From: Candidatus Micrarchaeia archaeon
GTDB lineage: Archaea > Micrarchaeota > Micrarchaeia > CABMEP01
Assembly: GCA_038880755.1 (NCBI GenBank)
Contig: JAVZRC010000001.1
Span: forward strand, 8,791 to 72,790
Reading direction: 5' to 3'
Length of the DNA stretch: 64,000 nt
Shown here: piece by piece, positions 18,005 through 28,900 of the stretch
Layout of the letters: each line of letters begins with the position of its first letter
Numbering within the stretch: position 1 is the stretch's first letter
The notes under the pieces: model-generated
Database searches by the model: none
Told to the model about the DNA's origin: nothing
Seen by the model: the letters and a program-made list of their open reading frames with translations, nothing else
Made by a program: the position numbers and the translations under genes

Positions 18005-18811
18005 TTATATAAGAGAAACGCCAGCCAATATATAAATAATCAGGCCGATTAATATGAATGGAAGAAACATAGGCATATCCAGGACAGGCCATTTCCTTCC
18101 TGTTTTGCTTAGCATCTTTGCCTGCTTCTCGTCACTTAGTCTTTTTATTTTGTATCTTTCTATAATTTTTTTGTCCAACATTTCTATTGCAATTACATCT
18201 TCAGGTTCTATCTTTTTCTTCATGACTACCATTTCTTGCATCAGCTGTTCTTTTGAAATTATAAAGAATATAGATTCAAAGAAAAGTATTCCTGAAACCA
18301 AAAGCAACCAAGCAGGCAGGAATGGGAATAACATAAACATATAAATTAATAGAGCAAATGAAAATAAGAGCAATATGATCTGGAGTGCTTGCCACAGATT
18401 TATTTTCATCTTTCCTTCATTAAATCTCTTGATAATTCTTGGGAAGTATTTTATCATAATCCATATGGAAGCAAGCACAGTAGCAATTGCAAGAACCATC
18501 AATGAAGAAGGAACGAATTGATTTTCATCCAGTGGAAATGCAGGCAATGCAGAATATATGGCTGCCAATACTATAACATCTGCACCACCAATCTGTCCAT
18601 TAAGATATAATATATAAAGCACAAGTACCAAGGGAATTGCAATCGGAAGGAATTTTAAAAACAACGAATAATCAAATATATTCAAAAGTAATGAAATTCC
18701 AAGGAATGAGTAAAGAAATAGCTCAGGTACATTCTTTTTATTGAAAATATCATAATAAGCAGCAATTCCAGTTCCTGCCAATGCAATCAATATTCTAATA
18801 ATCTCTATCAT
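18005..18811 (-). CDS. A24-family prepilin/prearchaellin peptidase
   Basis: YD near N-terminus and IGGAD catalytic Asp motifs; C-terminal P.FLPFI; multiple TMs. Confidence 0.85.
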   Translation of the reverse strand: MIEIIRILIALAGTGIAAYYDIFNKKNVPELFLYSFLGISLLLNIFDYSLFLKFLPIAIPLVLVLYILYLNGQIGGADVIVLAAIYSALPAFPLDENQFVPSSLMVLAIATVLASIWIMIKYFPRIIKRFNEGKMKINLWQALQIILLLFSFALLIYMFMLFPFLPAWLLLVSGILFFESIFFIISKEQLMQEMVVMKKKIEPEDVIAIEMLDKKIIERYKIKRLSDEKQAKMLSKTGRKWPVLDMPMFLPFILIGLIIYILAGVSLI

Positions 18812-18922
18812 TTTTGCACCCTCAATCGGTTAATATCACTCTTATTCAATTAATATCACTATTTTATATACAATCTTTAATAATTCTATCTTCTACTTCA
18901 AACTTATAGGAGAGAGAAGGTT

Positions 18923-20041
18923 TCACCAGAAATCATCCAGCCATTCGCTATGGATAGAAATCACGTTTAGCTGCTTGCATGTAGCATTTGTCTTAAGAAG
19001 CGAGGATATGCTAGGTTGCGTTCTTCCATCATCTCCACTTATGAATTCTTTAATATAAGTACCGGATTCAGATAGCATATGCAGTTTTATTGTATGGCTG
19101 TCAATCCATTCTGGTTTAAGCATCTTTATTCTTCTTTTCCTAATGAGATCAGACCGTCTTATAAGCACTCTTTTAGGGGTTCTTTGCATTAATAAAACAC
19201 TTTTAGGTAGTTTAGAAATTTCATTCTTGTCAATGGGTTTTTCTAGATTCACTATCGCTTCGTATTCCTTGTCAAATTTAGCTCTCTTTATTATCTCTAC
19301 GCATTCTTTATTGACTATTTTCTCAAACTTTACCTTTATCTTTCCTTCATTTATTTTATTTACAATATTATTTATTCTTTCTATTTCCTTTTCATCTAAT
19401 ACTCTTTTTCTTGGATTAGTTACTTCCATCACAAAAGGTCTTCCATCGCCCAACATTAATACATCTATATCCTCCCTACCACTACCATGCAAAATTGCCT
19501 TGCTTTTTTCAGTGCCAATCTCTTTTATCAAGGTTCTCTCTATCAGTCCTTCAACCGATTCCTCTTTTGCATCCTCCTTCTTTGTTTGTCTTATTCCTCT
19601 TTGAAGCTTATTATATTTTCCATATAGATAAACAGAGGATATGTGCTTTGATATTTTCTTATTTTTAATATCATATATAATTCTTACATCAGGATCTGGG
19701 CTGAATTTGTATTTCGTTTTCTTTTCTATTATCTTTCCTAATTCAGTGTTTAATTCAGGTTTTATGCTTTTCCATTTTCTAAAGTCAGCAAAATCCCAGA
19801 TTTTTTCCTCTATAACCTCTGATTCCTTTGGTATGCTTGTTCCTATGCTAAATGTCCGTATTCCTGGAATTGATTCTAATTCTTTTATTATTTTATCTGC
19901 TATTTCATTCAAGTTCAGGAAACAACCATTGCAAAGTTTGCATTCCTGTTCATTTTCTATGAATTCAGAGCTGACTTTAGAGAATCCATTCCTGTTCCAG
20001 CATCTTTTACATACTTTAGGCATTACAAATTTTATCATCAT
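18923..20041 (-). CDS. pus10: tRNA pseudouridine(54/55) synthase Pus10
   Basis: HGSGREDIDV.MLG.GRPF, QRTP.RV..RR, GTYIKEFISGD.GRT.PS. Confidence 0.95.
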   Translation of the reverse strand: MMIKFVMPKVCKRCWNRNGFSKVSSEFIENEQECKLCNGCFLNLNEIADKIIKELESIPGIRTFSIGTSIPKESEVIEEKIWDFADFRKWKSIKPELNTELGKIIEKKTKYKFSPDPDVRIIYDIKNKKISKHISSVYLYGKYNKLQRGIRQTKKEDAKEESVEGLIERTLIKEIGTEKSKAILHGSGREDIDVLMLGDGRPFVMEVTNPRKRVLDEKEIERINNIVNKINEGKIKVKFEKIVNKECVEIIKRAKFDKEYEAIVNLEKPIDKNEISKLPKSVLLMQRTPKRVLIRRSDLIRKRRIKMLKPEWIDSHTIKLHMLSESGTYIKEFISGDDGRTQPSISSLLKTNATCKQLNVISIHSEWLDDFW

Positions 20042-20108
20042 TATAAATTATTGAGATAAGTTTAAATTTTATTACTTATATATTATATTCTAACTATCAA
20101 GTGATTTT

Positions 20109-21662
20109 ATGCAAGAAATAAAAGAAGATAAAATATCAGAACACTGGGTTTCAGTATTAGTAAAAGAGATATTATCATCCACTAAACCACCATTTGTAGT
20201 TGCATCAGGTATAACAACTAGCGGACCTACCCATATAGGAACAGCAAGCGAATTCATATACCCAAATGCAATTGTGACATACTTCAAAAATAATGGTTAT
20301 GATGTTCAGTTCATATTCATTGGAGACATAATGGATGCCTTTGACTCAATTCCTAAACCATTAGAACAGTTCAAGGATGTTTTAGAGCCACATTTAGGGA
20401 AGCCTCTTGTACATGTCCCAGATCCATTCGGATGCCATGCCTCTTACGGGGATCATTTTCTTTCTGAGGCAGCAGATCTAATGAAGAGATTTAAGGTCAA
20501 TCCTGAGATAGTGAGAAACAGCGATCTTTATGCAAAAGGACTCTATGATAAGTATGCAATAAAATATCTGAATGAGCGTGAGAAGGTTAGAGATGTTGTT
20601 TTTGAATCCTCTCTAAGAAAAAAAGAAGGCAAAGAATGGGAAAACTGGTCTCCAATAGCTCCGATATGTGAAAAATGCGGAAAGATATCTACCTGTACAG
20701 TTACTGGTTTTGATGGAGAATATTATTACTATAAGTGCAATAAGGATGTTGAGTATACAAAAGGATGCGGTCATGAAGGAAAGGCAAGGATAAGCGATCA
20801 CCAATACAAGCTAGTTTGGAGAGTAGAATGGCCTTCAAGACAGGATTTCCTTAATGTCACAATAGAAGGTTTTGGAAAGGATCATGCCACTAGGGGAGGG
20901 TCAGCAGATACTGCAAGGGAAATGCATGAAAAGATATTGGGTAGAAAGCCACCATTTTTCTACAGATTCGGATTTTTCCTTTTAGGAGGAAAGAAGTATT
21001 CTAAATCAAAAGGAATAGGTTTGGATGTTAATACAGTTTTAAAGCTAATGCCACCAGAAGTAATCAAATATTTCATATACAGGTCAGATTCACAGGAGGA
21101 TAAGAACTTTGATCCTACAGGTCAGAACATGCTTCTCATATTCGAGGATTATGAATATGCAAGCACTCTTTCACAGCCAAAAGAAACACTTAGCAGGGCG
21201 GATAGAAAGAAAAGAATTGCTTATGAGATAAGCGGTGAAAGAAAATGGAAGGCAAAATTCCTGGACATTCTTCTTTACTATCAGATTTACAGAGATTGGG
21301 AAAGGGTAAAGTCTCTTTTTGATGATCCAGAAGGAGTGGAATATCTAAAACCATATATTGTTTATTGGATAGATAATGGTTATGTCCCTGAGGATTATTC
21401 ATTCTCAATAAATCCGAAAAAACCATTGGATATAAGAGGAATAAAAGAGTTTGCAGAAAGGCTTGATGATAAAATGGATCAACTTGCAATACATAATCTT
21501 GTTTTTGATACAGCTAAATCATTAGGAATAGAGCCTAAAGATTTCTTTAAGACATTATATACTGCATTGATAGGCAAGGATAGAGGTCCTAAGTTAGGAA
21601 AGCTTATTCATGCCATAGGTCCAGGTAAAGTAAAGAAAATGCTAATAGAATTAGTAAGTTGA
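20109..21662 (+). CDS. lysS: Class I lysyl-tRNA synthetase
   Basis: SGITTSGPTHIG, W..EWP, GKDH, KYSKSKG, GPKLG. Confidence 0.96.
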   Translation: MQEIKEDKISEHWVSVLVKEILSSTKPPFVVASGITTSGPTHIGTASEFIYPNAIVTYFKNNGYDVQFIFIGDIMDAFDSIPKPLEQFKDVLEPHLGKPLVHVPDPFGCHASYGDHFLSEAADLMKRFKVNPEIVRNSDLYAKGLYDKYAIKYLNEREKVRDVVFESSLRKKEGKEWENWSPIAPICEKCGKISTCTVTGFDGEYYYYKCNKDVEYTKGCGHEGKARISDHQYKLVWRVEWPSRQDFLNVTIEGFGKDHATRGGSADTAREMHEKILGRKPPFFYRFGFFLLGGKKYSKSKGIGLDVNTVLKLMPPEVIKYFIYRSDSQEDKNFDPTGQNMLLIFEDYEYASTLSQPKETLSRADRKKRIAYEISGERKWKAKFLDILLYYQIYRDWERVKSLFDDPEGVEYLKPYIVYWIDNGYVPEDYSFSINPKKPLDIRGIKEFAERLDDKMDQLAIHNLVFDTAKSLGIEPKDFFKTLYTALIGKDRGPKLGKLIHAIGPGKVKKMLIELVS

Positions 21663-21724
21663 TAGTGGGAATCCCGATTATCAAATGCCAATAGAATTAA
21701 TTGATAGAATTTATATTTTATTAT

Positions 21725-22504
21725 TTATTCTTTTAACATTGAATGGATTCTTTCCAATTCTTCTATAGTTAATGTGAATACTCTTCTTTTTTGCATACTA
21801 AGTTTTTCAGCTACTGAAATTAATTTTGGATATTCTTCCATTATCTCCTTTGCCTTTGCAGCTGCACCTAGAGTTTTTTTCCTATGTGAAAAGAGTCGCT
21901 CTATGAATTTATCGAATTCAGGGTTATCAGTTTTTTCTCTTTTGAACAGCATAACAATTGCAGAATCAACTTCAGGTACTGGTTTAAAGCTTCCTTTAGG
22001 AACTTTCTTTAGATATATCGGCTTGAAGTAATAATTAGTCATCACACTTAATCTTGACCAATCCTTTTCACCAGGCTTTGCAATCATTCTGTCTACAAAT
22101 TCCTTCTGCAGGCAGAGAACAGCCTTTTCAAAATTAAATTCCTTAAGCTTGAAAAGAAGCGGAGAGGATATAGAATATGGAACATTGCTTATTATCAGAT
22201 CTATCCTCTTTTGCTTTGATTCTTTTAGAATCTCGTTTTCACTCAAATCTAAGAAGTCAGCTTCTATGACTGTAACATTCTTTTTTTTCTTGAATAAAAA
22301 TTTAAGGGACTCTGCAAAGCTGAAATCTTTTTCAATAATAACAAGATGCTTTGCATTCTCTGCAACCAATCTGCTAAGGTTTCCAGTACCTCCACCAATC
22401 TCAAGTACCACTTTTCCTTTAGGTTGTAGCATTTCTACTTCGTATTTCAGTATCTCTTCATTTTCCAGCATATGCTGGCCAAAGTGTTTTCTTTTATTGT
22501 ACAT
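21725..22504 (-). CDS. rsmA: 16S rRNA dimethyltransferase KsgA/RsmA
   Basis: GQH.L, LEIG.G.G, SNVPY.ISS, QKEF..R, F.P.P.VDSA. Confidence 0.96.
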   Translation of the reverse strand: MYNKRKHFGQHMLENEEILKYEVEMLQPKGKVVLEIGGGTGNLSRLVAENAKHLVIIEKDFSFAESLKFLFKKKKNVTVIEADFLDLSENEILKESKQKRIDLIISNVPYSISSPLLFKLKEFNFEKAVLCLQKEFVDRMIAKPGEKDWSRLSVMTNYYFKPIYLKKVPKGSFKPVPEVDSAIVMLFKREKTDNPEFDKFIERLFSHRKKTLGAAAKAKEIMEEYPKLISVAEKLSMQKRRVFTLTIEELERIHSMLKE

Positions 22505-22516
22505 TTTATCTACATT

Positions 22517-23167
22517 TTATCGAAAAGAAACATCGTATGGCATTAGAGTTTTTGCAACTGAATAAAGAAAGATGTATGAAATTAAAAGTACTAAAAGTAC
22601 TAAGATTGGCCATCCAATAATAATTAATGCCTTTATCCATGAGATGTTGTTGCTGTTCTTGACTATTGAAATTATACCATATATCCCATAGATAAAGAGT
22701 AACAAACTAAATAAAATAAGGTCTCTAATGATAGAAGAAATTATTAATATAATTATTGTTAGAATAATTGTAACTGTAGAAAACATTAAAATAGAATTAG
22801 TTTGTCTTTCAAAGTCTGCTTTTACATCAAGAATTCTTGCAGATAACCATATGAATGAGCTGCTTGTTACGATAGCTAACAATATGAAAAACACATTAAA
22901 TAGAAATATTAAAGCACCTAGAATAATACCAAAGATGTTAAGGGAAGGCAATAAAAATAAAGTTAAAAAAACTAAAAAAGACAAATAAATGAATAAATAC
23001 GAATTTTTTATGGTTTGCTTTGTTTCATATGTGTATTCAGCAGACTTTGCAGGATTGAAAAATAAATTTACCATACTTTTGAAGGAATCAATAAAAGACT
23101 CCTGCGAATCTTTATTTTTAACCTCTTCTCTCTCGATCTCATTTCTTTTAATTCTCTTTTTTTCCAT
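22517..23167 (-). CDS. YIP1-like five-TM membrane protein
   Basis: FFNP motif followed by about 5 TM segments. Confidence 0.6.
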   Translation of the reverse strand: MEKKRIKRNEIEREEVKNKDSQESFIDSFKSMVNLFFNPAKSAEYTYETKQTIKNSYLFIYLSFLVFLTLFLLPSLNIFGIILGALIFLFNVFFILLAIVTSSSFIWLSARILDVKADFERQTNSILMFSTVTIILTIIILIISSIIRDLILFSLLLFIYGIYGIISIVKNSNNISWIKALIIIGWPILVLLVLLISYIFLYSVAKTLMPYDVSFR

Positions 23168-23194
23168 AAAATCACTTGATAATTTTTTATCTTC

Positions 23195-23767
23195 TTAGTG
23201 TCTTCTAAAACCACTTGTTGGCGGCATTGGTGGCTTAATGAATAAATAATACCTTTCTTTGCCACTCATTTCATTTATTATTCTTTCAGCTATCATTTCT
23301 ACTGGATTAAGTAGATGTGGCACTCTTTTTGTAAGATCATCAAAACTTTCAAAAGGTTTAATTTCTCTCTCTTTGAGTATATCTTCCAGATGTTTCTTTC
23401 CAATACCTGGAAGAAGTTCAAGCTGATGGAGTCTTATTGTTACTGGTCCGCATTTATTTATGAAATTTATAAAATCGCTTTCTCTGCTTTTAACTATTGT
23501 TTTTATTGCAGTTTTCAGTTCATTTTTAGCAGCACCTGTAAGTTCAGAGTACTCAACCCTTCCTTTTATTCTCTCTACTTCCTTTCTTTGATTCAATTCT
23601 TTTCCTACGTATAGCTTACTATGGAGTTGAATTGGAACATTTCTTTTCACTATAACTTCCAGAAGTGTAAAGAACCTTTCACCAACTAAGTAAGCAACCG
23701 GTTCTCGTTTAATGTCCGTTGGTTTACCTAGTGGTAAATAGTCGATTACAATTCCATAGTCTTCCAT
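23195..23767 (-). CDS. DUF655 family putative RNA-binding protein
   Basis: DYLP.G, G...FTLLE, RLHQLELLPGIGKK, PFESF.D; synteny after rpoF. Confidence 0.93.
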   Translation of the reverse strand: MEDYGIVIDYLPLGKPTDIKREPVAYLVGERFFTLLEVIVKRNVPIQLHSKLYVGKELNQRKEVERIKGRVEYSELTGAAKNELKTAIKTIVKSRESDFINFINKCGPVTIRLHQLELLPGIGKKHLEDILKEREIKPFESFDDLTKRVPHLLNPVEMIAERIINEMSGKERYYLFIKPPMPPTSGFRRH

Positions 23768-23780
23768 AAAAAATCACCAG

Positions 23781-24131
23781 CTATTGTTTCTGGTATTTTG
23801 AAACTATTTCTAATATCTTATTAATTTCGTCTTCTGTTAAAGAATAAGTTTCCTTTGAGAATATCTGCTCTATTTCTTCCTTCTTCTTCGGCATTAAATC
23901 TACGATCTTAACCGTCTTTGCTCTGTTTAGTTTTGTAACTTCACTCATTAATTCATTTATCATTTCTTCTGCCTTTTCTTTGCTTAATTTGGTCATTTTT
24001 TTTGCATATTCTAAAGTCTTTGCCTGTTCGAATCCCATTTCTATTTCACTAGGCATTTCTAGTATCTCTTTTACTTCAGCAAGCGTTACTTCTTTAATAT
24101 CAAGGATTTTTTTACCTATCATTCCAATCAC
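23781..24131 (-). CDS. rpoF: RNA polymerase subunit F (Rpo4)
   Basis: MIGKKI..VTLAEVKEIL..EQ..TLEYA..KIVDLMP. Confidence 0.93.
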   Translation of the reverse strand: MIGMIGKKILDIKEVTLAEVKEILEMPSEIEMGFEQAKTLEYAKKMTKLSKEKAEEMINELMSEVTKLNRAKTVKIVDLMPKKKEEIEQIFSKETYSLTEDEINKILEIVSKYQKQ

Positions 24132-24141
24132 TTTTTACATA

Positions 24142-24426
24142 TCAATATTCTCTGAGGTGGACAGCTGAGACTATAAATTTCTTTTTCACTCCTCCATCCT
24201 CTACTTCTACAATGTAAGCGTTTCCTTGTTTTCCTTTGACTATACCAACACGACCAGCATATCTTGGATGAGGAAAGTCTTCGAACTTAACATTTGGAAC
24301 TAATTGTACCTTTTTTCCTATCTCGATAGTTTTCAATTGATCAACTACTGTAACTTTTCTTTTAGTTGATTTTCTTCCGAGCAATCTGCTTTTTCTGCTC
24401 ATTCTTCCTTTAGATGCTTTAACCAT
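24142..24426 (-). CDS. rpl21e: 50S ribosomal protein L21e
   Basis: PHPRY.GR.G.V...G.AY.V...DGG..K...HL. Confidence 0.95.
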   Translation of the reverse strand: MVKASKGRMSRKSRLLGRKSTKRKVTVVDQLKTIEIGKKVQLVPNVKFEDFPHPRYAGRVGIVKGKQGNAYIVEVEDGGVKKKFIVSAVHLREY

Positions 24427-24648
24427 ATTATCACTTCTATTAACTTAAAAATTGCTACAATTAACTCTACCAAAACAAAAGGGGCGAATTAATAGATATA
24501 ATATAGTAGGATAAGTTTAAAAATGTGCTATATCTCAAAAATTATGATTTATTTGATTATTATTACTTTTTAAATAGGTTTAAATACCTTCCGAGGTATA
24601 TATTTTTAAAGCATTTAAAAATGTTAAGCCCTATTTGGGTTCTAAAGG

Positions 24649-24936
24649 GTGTTTTTAATGGTGAAAGATGTTAAATTTAAGATTGAAAATATTGTAGCAT
24701 CTGCAAATTTAGGAATAGAATTAGATCTTTATTCTCTCGGAAGGAAAGTTCCAAATATCGAATACGAGCCCGAACAATTTCCAGGAGCAATTCTTAAACT
24801 TAGAGAACCAAAATCATCATTGCTTCTCTTTAAGAATGGAAAGATAATTTGTACTGGTTGTAAAACAGAAAAGGAAGTAAAATTAGCAATCAGAAATGCA
24901 ATGGCAATTCTTCAAAAAGCACAGAAGAAGAGATAA
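24649..24936 (+). CDS. Single-repeat (half-size) TATA-binding-protein domain protein
   Basis: IENIVAS..L...DL..YEPEQFPG..L.F.NGKIICTG.K; only one of the usual two repeats. Confidence 0.9.
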   Translation: MFLMVKDVKFKIENIVASANLGIELDLYSLGRKVPNIEYEPEQFPGAILKLREPKSSLLLFKNGKIICTGCKTEKEVKLAIRNAMAILQKAQKKR

Positions 24937-24996
24937 TCATATTCTTTTCTAAATTTTTATTTATCTTCAACATACTTTTTTCTTTATCAATTTTAA

Positions 24997-25854
24997 TTAA
25001 GGAAATCCTCTTAATCCATTTAGTCTCTGCTCAAAAATTTTTACATTCGTATTAAGTAGTTTAATTTCCCATTCTAATTTTTCATTAATAGATTTTATTA
25101 TTTTCTTTTTCTCTTTATTCGTTAAATCAAAATAAGATGTTATCTTATCCTTATTTTTGCTAAAATTATCATTGAGATATACAAATAGATTATGTAGTTT
25201 TTTATATTCTTCTAACGTTTTGTAAAATTTTTCCTTTCTATCTTTAATTTTTAATGAGTCTTCATATCGAGCTTTCCGATAATCGTTGTTTATTTCTCCT
25301 TCGCCACTAAATGAATCTCCAGAATAAAGTTCAATTCTTAATATAACATTATCATGGTATAACTCTAATAAATTAACATTATAAGGATCGTCTTTTAGGA
25401 GTTCTTTTATTTCTTTATCACTTTCTGTTAATATCGATTCTTTTTCTTCAACATCATTAATTATTGTCAAAGCATCTGCTTTTTTCATTTTCAGTTTTTC
25501 TAAAACAAAAAACACAGCTTTATTTTTAGTCTCTTCATATATCCTTTCCAATTCAGCAATACTTTCATCAATCTCTACTATTATCTCTGCAGAATTCTTT
25601 ATAAATGAATTGCCATAACTATAGTAATAACTTTTTATTTTCTTTAAATCTTCTTTACTACACACATTCTCCAAGCTTTTTTCTATTTTTTCATAATTTG
25701 TAAATGGATAAATACTATAAAATGCATTTGCTTTGGTCGGTGTCATAGATAAACCTAAAGCCAAAATCCCTTCTGCTAATAGTTTTCCAATCCGTTTTTT
25801 GAAATCAAGCTTTTTTTCAGGTTTTATCTCCTTAATTTTCTTTTCATCAGACAC
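24997..25854 (-). CDS. Putative exported helical (TPR-like) protein
   Basis: Charged N-extension plus signal-like KLLAEGILALGLSMTPTKANA; resembles 59778..60584. Confidence 0.65.
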   Translation of the reverse strand: MSDEKKIKEIKPEKKLDFKKRIGKLLAEGILALGLSMTPTKANAFYSIYPFTNYEKIEKSLENVCSKEDLKKIKSYYYSYGNSFIKNSAEIIVEIDESIAELERIYEETKNKAVFFVLEKLKMKKADALTIINDVEEKESILTESDKEIKELLKDDPYNVNLLELYHDNVILRIELYSGDSFSGEGEINNDYRKARYEDSLKIKDRKEKFYKTLEEYKKLHNLFVYLNDNFSKNKDKITSYFDLTNKEKKKIIKSINEKLEWEIKLLNTNVKIFEQRLNGLRGFP

Positions 25855-25929
25855 ACATCCACCTCAGCTTATATATAATCATATAGCATAATTTATTTAT
25901 TAATTTTATGGATGTGTGATTTCTATAAA

Positions 25930-28900
25930 TTATTTATTTTTGACTCCAATCTCAGTAACTTTGCCTTTTGATACTCCACTATAAAAAGCTTCAATCCACT
26001 CTCTTTTTTCTTCTTCCATGTTCTTCTCATATTCTTTTTTGCCGGAATAAATGTAGATTATAGTTCCAGTTCCAAAAATCTTATTTTCGTTGAGTTTTTT
26101 CTTTAATACTTCTGGCTTAATTCCATCTTCACTAAAGTGTTTATATTCAATTTCGTCTATTAAACTTACGAATGGGTTATATCTGTTAGTTTGTATGTGT
26201 TTCTTTATCTCTTCTTCTGTTCTCTCTTTACCTGCTGCTATATTTGTATTCACATTATTAAGATGATTTAGGAGTTCATTGTACTTAGTTCTTTCTTCAT
26301 GCGAATGTACTTCTTTAGATTTATAGGAAGTTTCTAGCTTTCGTATTTCTTCGTGAATCTGGTTACTTAATGAATCTAATTTCCCAACTGTTGTAAATGT
26401 TTGATTATTGTCTTTGGGAATGTAGATTTCAGAATTGTATTTTTCGAAATCTTCTTTTACTTTACTTAAACCTTCCCGTAACTTGATTTCACTTTCATTT
26501 AATGTATATGGTGGTGATAAGAGTTGAAGTGCTTTATTTAGCTCTTTTTGTGCTTCATCAAGCTTGTAACGAGTGTATCCATTTCCGGAATTTATACTAC
26601 TGGTGGTTTCTGCAGCAGATTTTATTTCTGCAGCCTCAAATGTTTTTTTCATTATCATTGCGGAATCTACAGTTAAAGAACTTACAGGAGATAATGAAGG
26701 AGCATTTTTAGCAACTTCATATATCTCTTTCATTAATATCAGATTATCTCTTTCTTTTCTAATGAATTCTGTTCCTTTTATTACTCTTTCTAATTCAATT
26801 TTTGCAGACTCAATCTGGTTTTCTTTAGATTTAACTTCGTCATAACCTGGGGTACCAATTGTTGGATTTCTATATTTTATATAGAGTTCCTCTAGTTCTT
26901 TTTGAAGGTTTTTTATTTTGTTATTTATTATTTCTTCACCCTTTAAAACAGTAAATAATACTGTTTCTGGTGTAACATCTGTTTTCTCTCCATTAACTAT
27001 CTTTACGGCTCTTTCTAATCCTTTTGAGTTAAGTTTCTTTTCAAGATCTAATGTATCTATTATGTTTTTAGTGAGTTTCTCTTTATTCTCTGGCAATTCA
27101 TAATTCATATTAGAAAATGCAATTATTTTTTCATTTGGATTCGTTATCTTTCTTCCTTTTTCATCAGTCAACTCTAATTGGTCTAAAAATCTATGGATAG
27201 TTCCTATCTGTATGTCTTTTATAATATAATTAAATGCAGCTATTTTATTAGAATCGTCTTTAATTAATTCTAGGTTTTCTTTTAGAACAGTATTAATCTT
27301 ACTTGGATCACCACTTTCATATGCTTCATAAATTCGTTGAACATTAATCCCATAAGCATCAGCCAATTCTTTCACGTCTCTCAATTTGGACTTAAATTCA
27401 TCAACTCCATAGTTACTATAGTAGTCTTTCGCATTCATTTTTCTTGCTATTATCAAAGATTCTTTGTCAAAACCTATTAATGCTCCATTGCTACTAATTC
27501 TATTAAGTAGTCTTTCAGTATCTTCTCTAAGAATCCTTTCTAAGTTTCTTATTAATTTATTTGTATCTTCTACACTTAAATCAGATTTTTGTTTTATAAG
27601 TCTAGATTTTTGTTCATCACTTAGGTAAACAGATTTTAGTTGTTCATTGATTCTTTGAATTCTACCATCTAGATACGTTCTAATATCTTGTAATTCTGTA
27701 GGTTTTGCTCCTTTCTTTAACCCCTCTATTACATTTCTTAACATTTCTAAATTTGCAACTTCATCTTTAGCGATCGCATTCAATATTTTCATCTTTCCCT
27801 TCTCAGTCAATCCATACACATCTATATCTTCTTTTTGTAAACTAAAACCATATGTTGCTTTCACTTTATTATTTATCTCTTCTTGTTCTTCTTTGGTATA
27901 CATCTCTTTTGATGGTCTTCTGATCTCAGGTATTGAAGCATAAGATAAACTCCAAGGTCTTACACCCATTCTACCTAATGAGAGAAAGAACGTTTGTCTG
28001 AATAAATCTAATAATGATGAACTTGATACTTTATCTGATGCAGTAACAACTCTTATTTCACCAAAAACTCCTTTAACAACTCTTCTATTTCCACCCAATA
28101 CATCTTCCATTTCTTGTGTAGTTAGTTTTCCTTTTGCAGCTTGTTCCGCTTTCTTCAATTTTTCTAATTCTTCTTTATTCAATCTTCTGGAAGTAGTACT
28201 CATTAATACTTTTCCAGGTATAGAGGATATCTTTTGCACTATTCCAAAGGTTCCTTTTGCCTTTTTTTCTTCTTCAATTGAGGGAGTGAGGAACTTTCCA
28301 AGTTTGTATGCACCGGTTGAAGTAGCAGATTTTAATGCACTCTGGGCTGCACCTACAGCAGTACCTAATAATGTAGTTCTTTGCCTTGTAGTGACTCTAC
28401 CTCCAGAGATTCCTGGTGCTTTAAATGCAACTCTTGAAAAGTCAAATAAACCAAACGGATTCTTTCCAGATGCAAACATCGCAGCAACAAGAAGTGCAAA
28501 TATTATGAAAAGAGGAGCACAAGCAGTCAAACTTATTAACGGAAATACTCCAGGTACATATCTTTCTGTTTTCGCACTTCCCATAAATGGTTCTTTCGGT
28601 TTCGGTGTAAATGTAGCGGTTATTGAATATGAGATCTTTCTAGGATCTGTCGAATTTTCTAATAAGGGTGGTTGAGTGTATAGTGTAAAAGAAACACTCC
28701 CGTTTTCATTTGTATTTACTACAAAAGGTGCTGATTCATCTGAAAGGACAAACTCACCTGCTGCATTTTTTGTTACAAATTTACTTCCTATTACTAATTC
28801 TATAGTTATATTTTTGTTTGCAAGAGGTATTCTATTTTGTGTTTTCCTATCAATTGCATTAAGCTGTATATTGACATCAATTGTATTATCAGTTATACCT

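Noticed and set aside
21636-21712. Short degenerate duplication of the lysS 3' end
   Set aside because: About 25 nt, imperfect and AT-rich; no associated mobile genes
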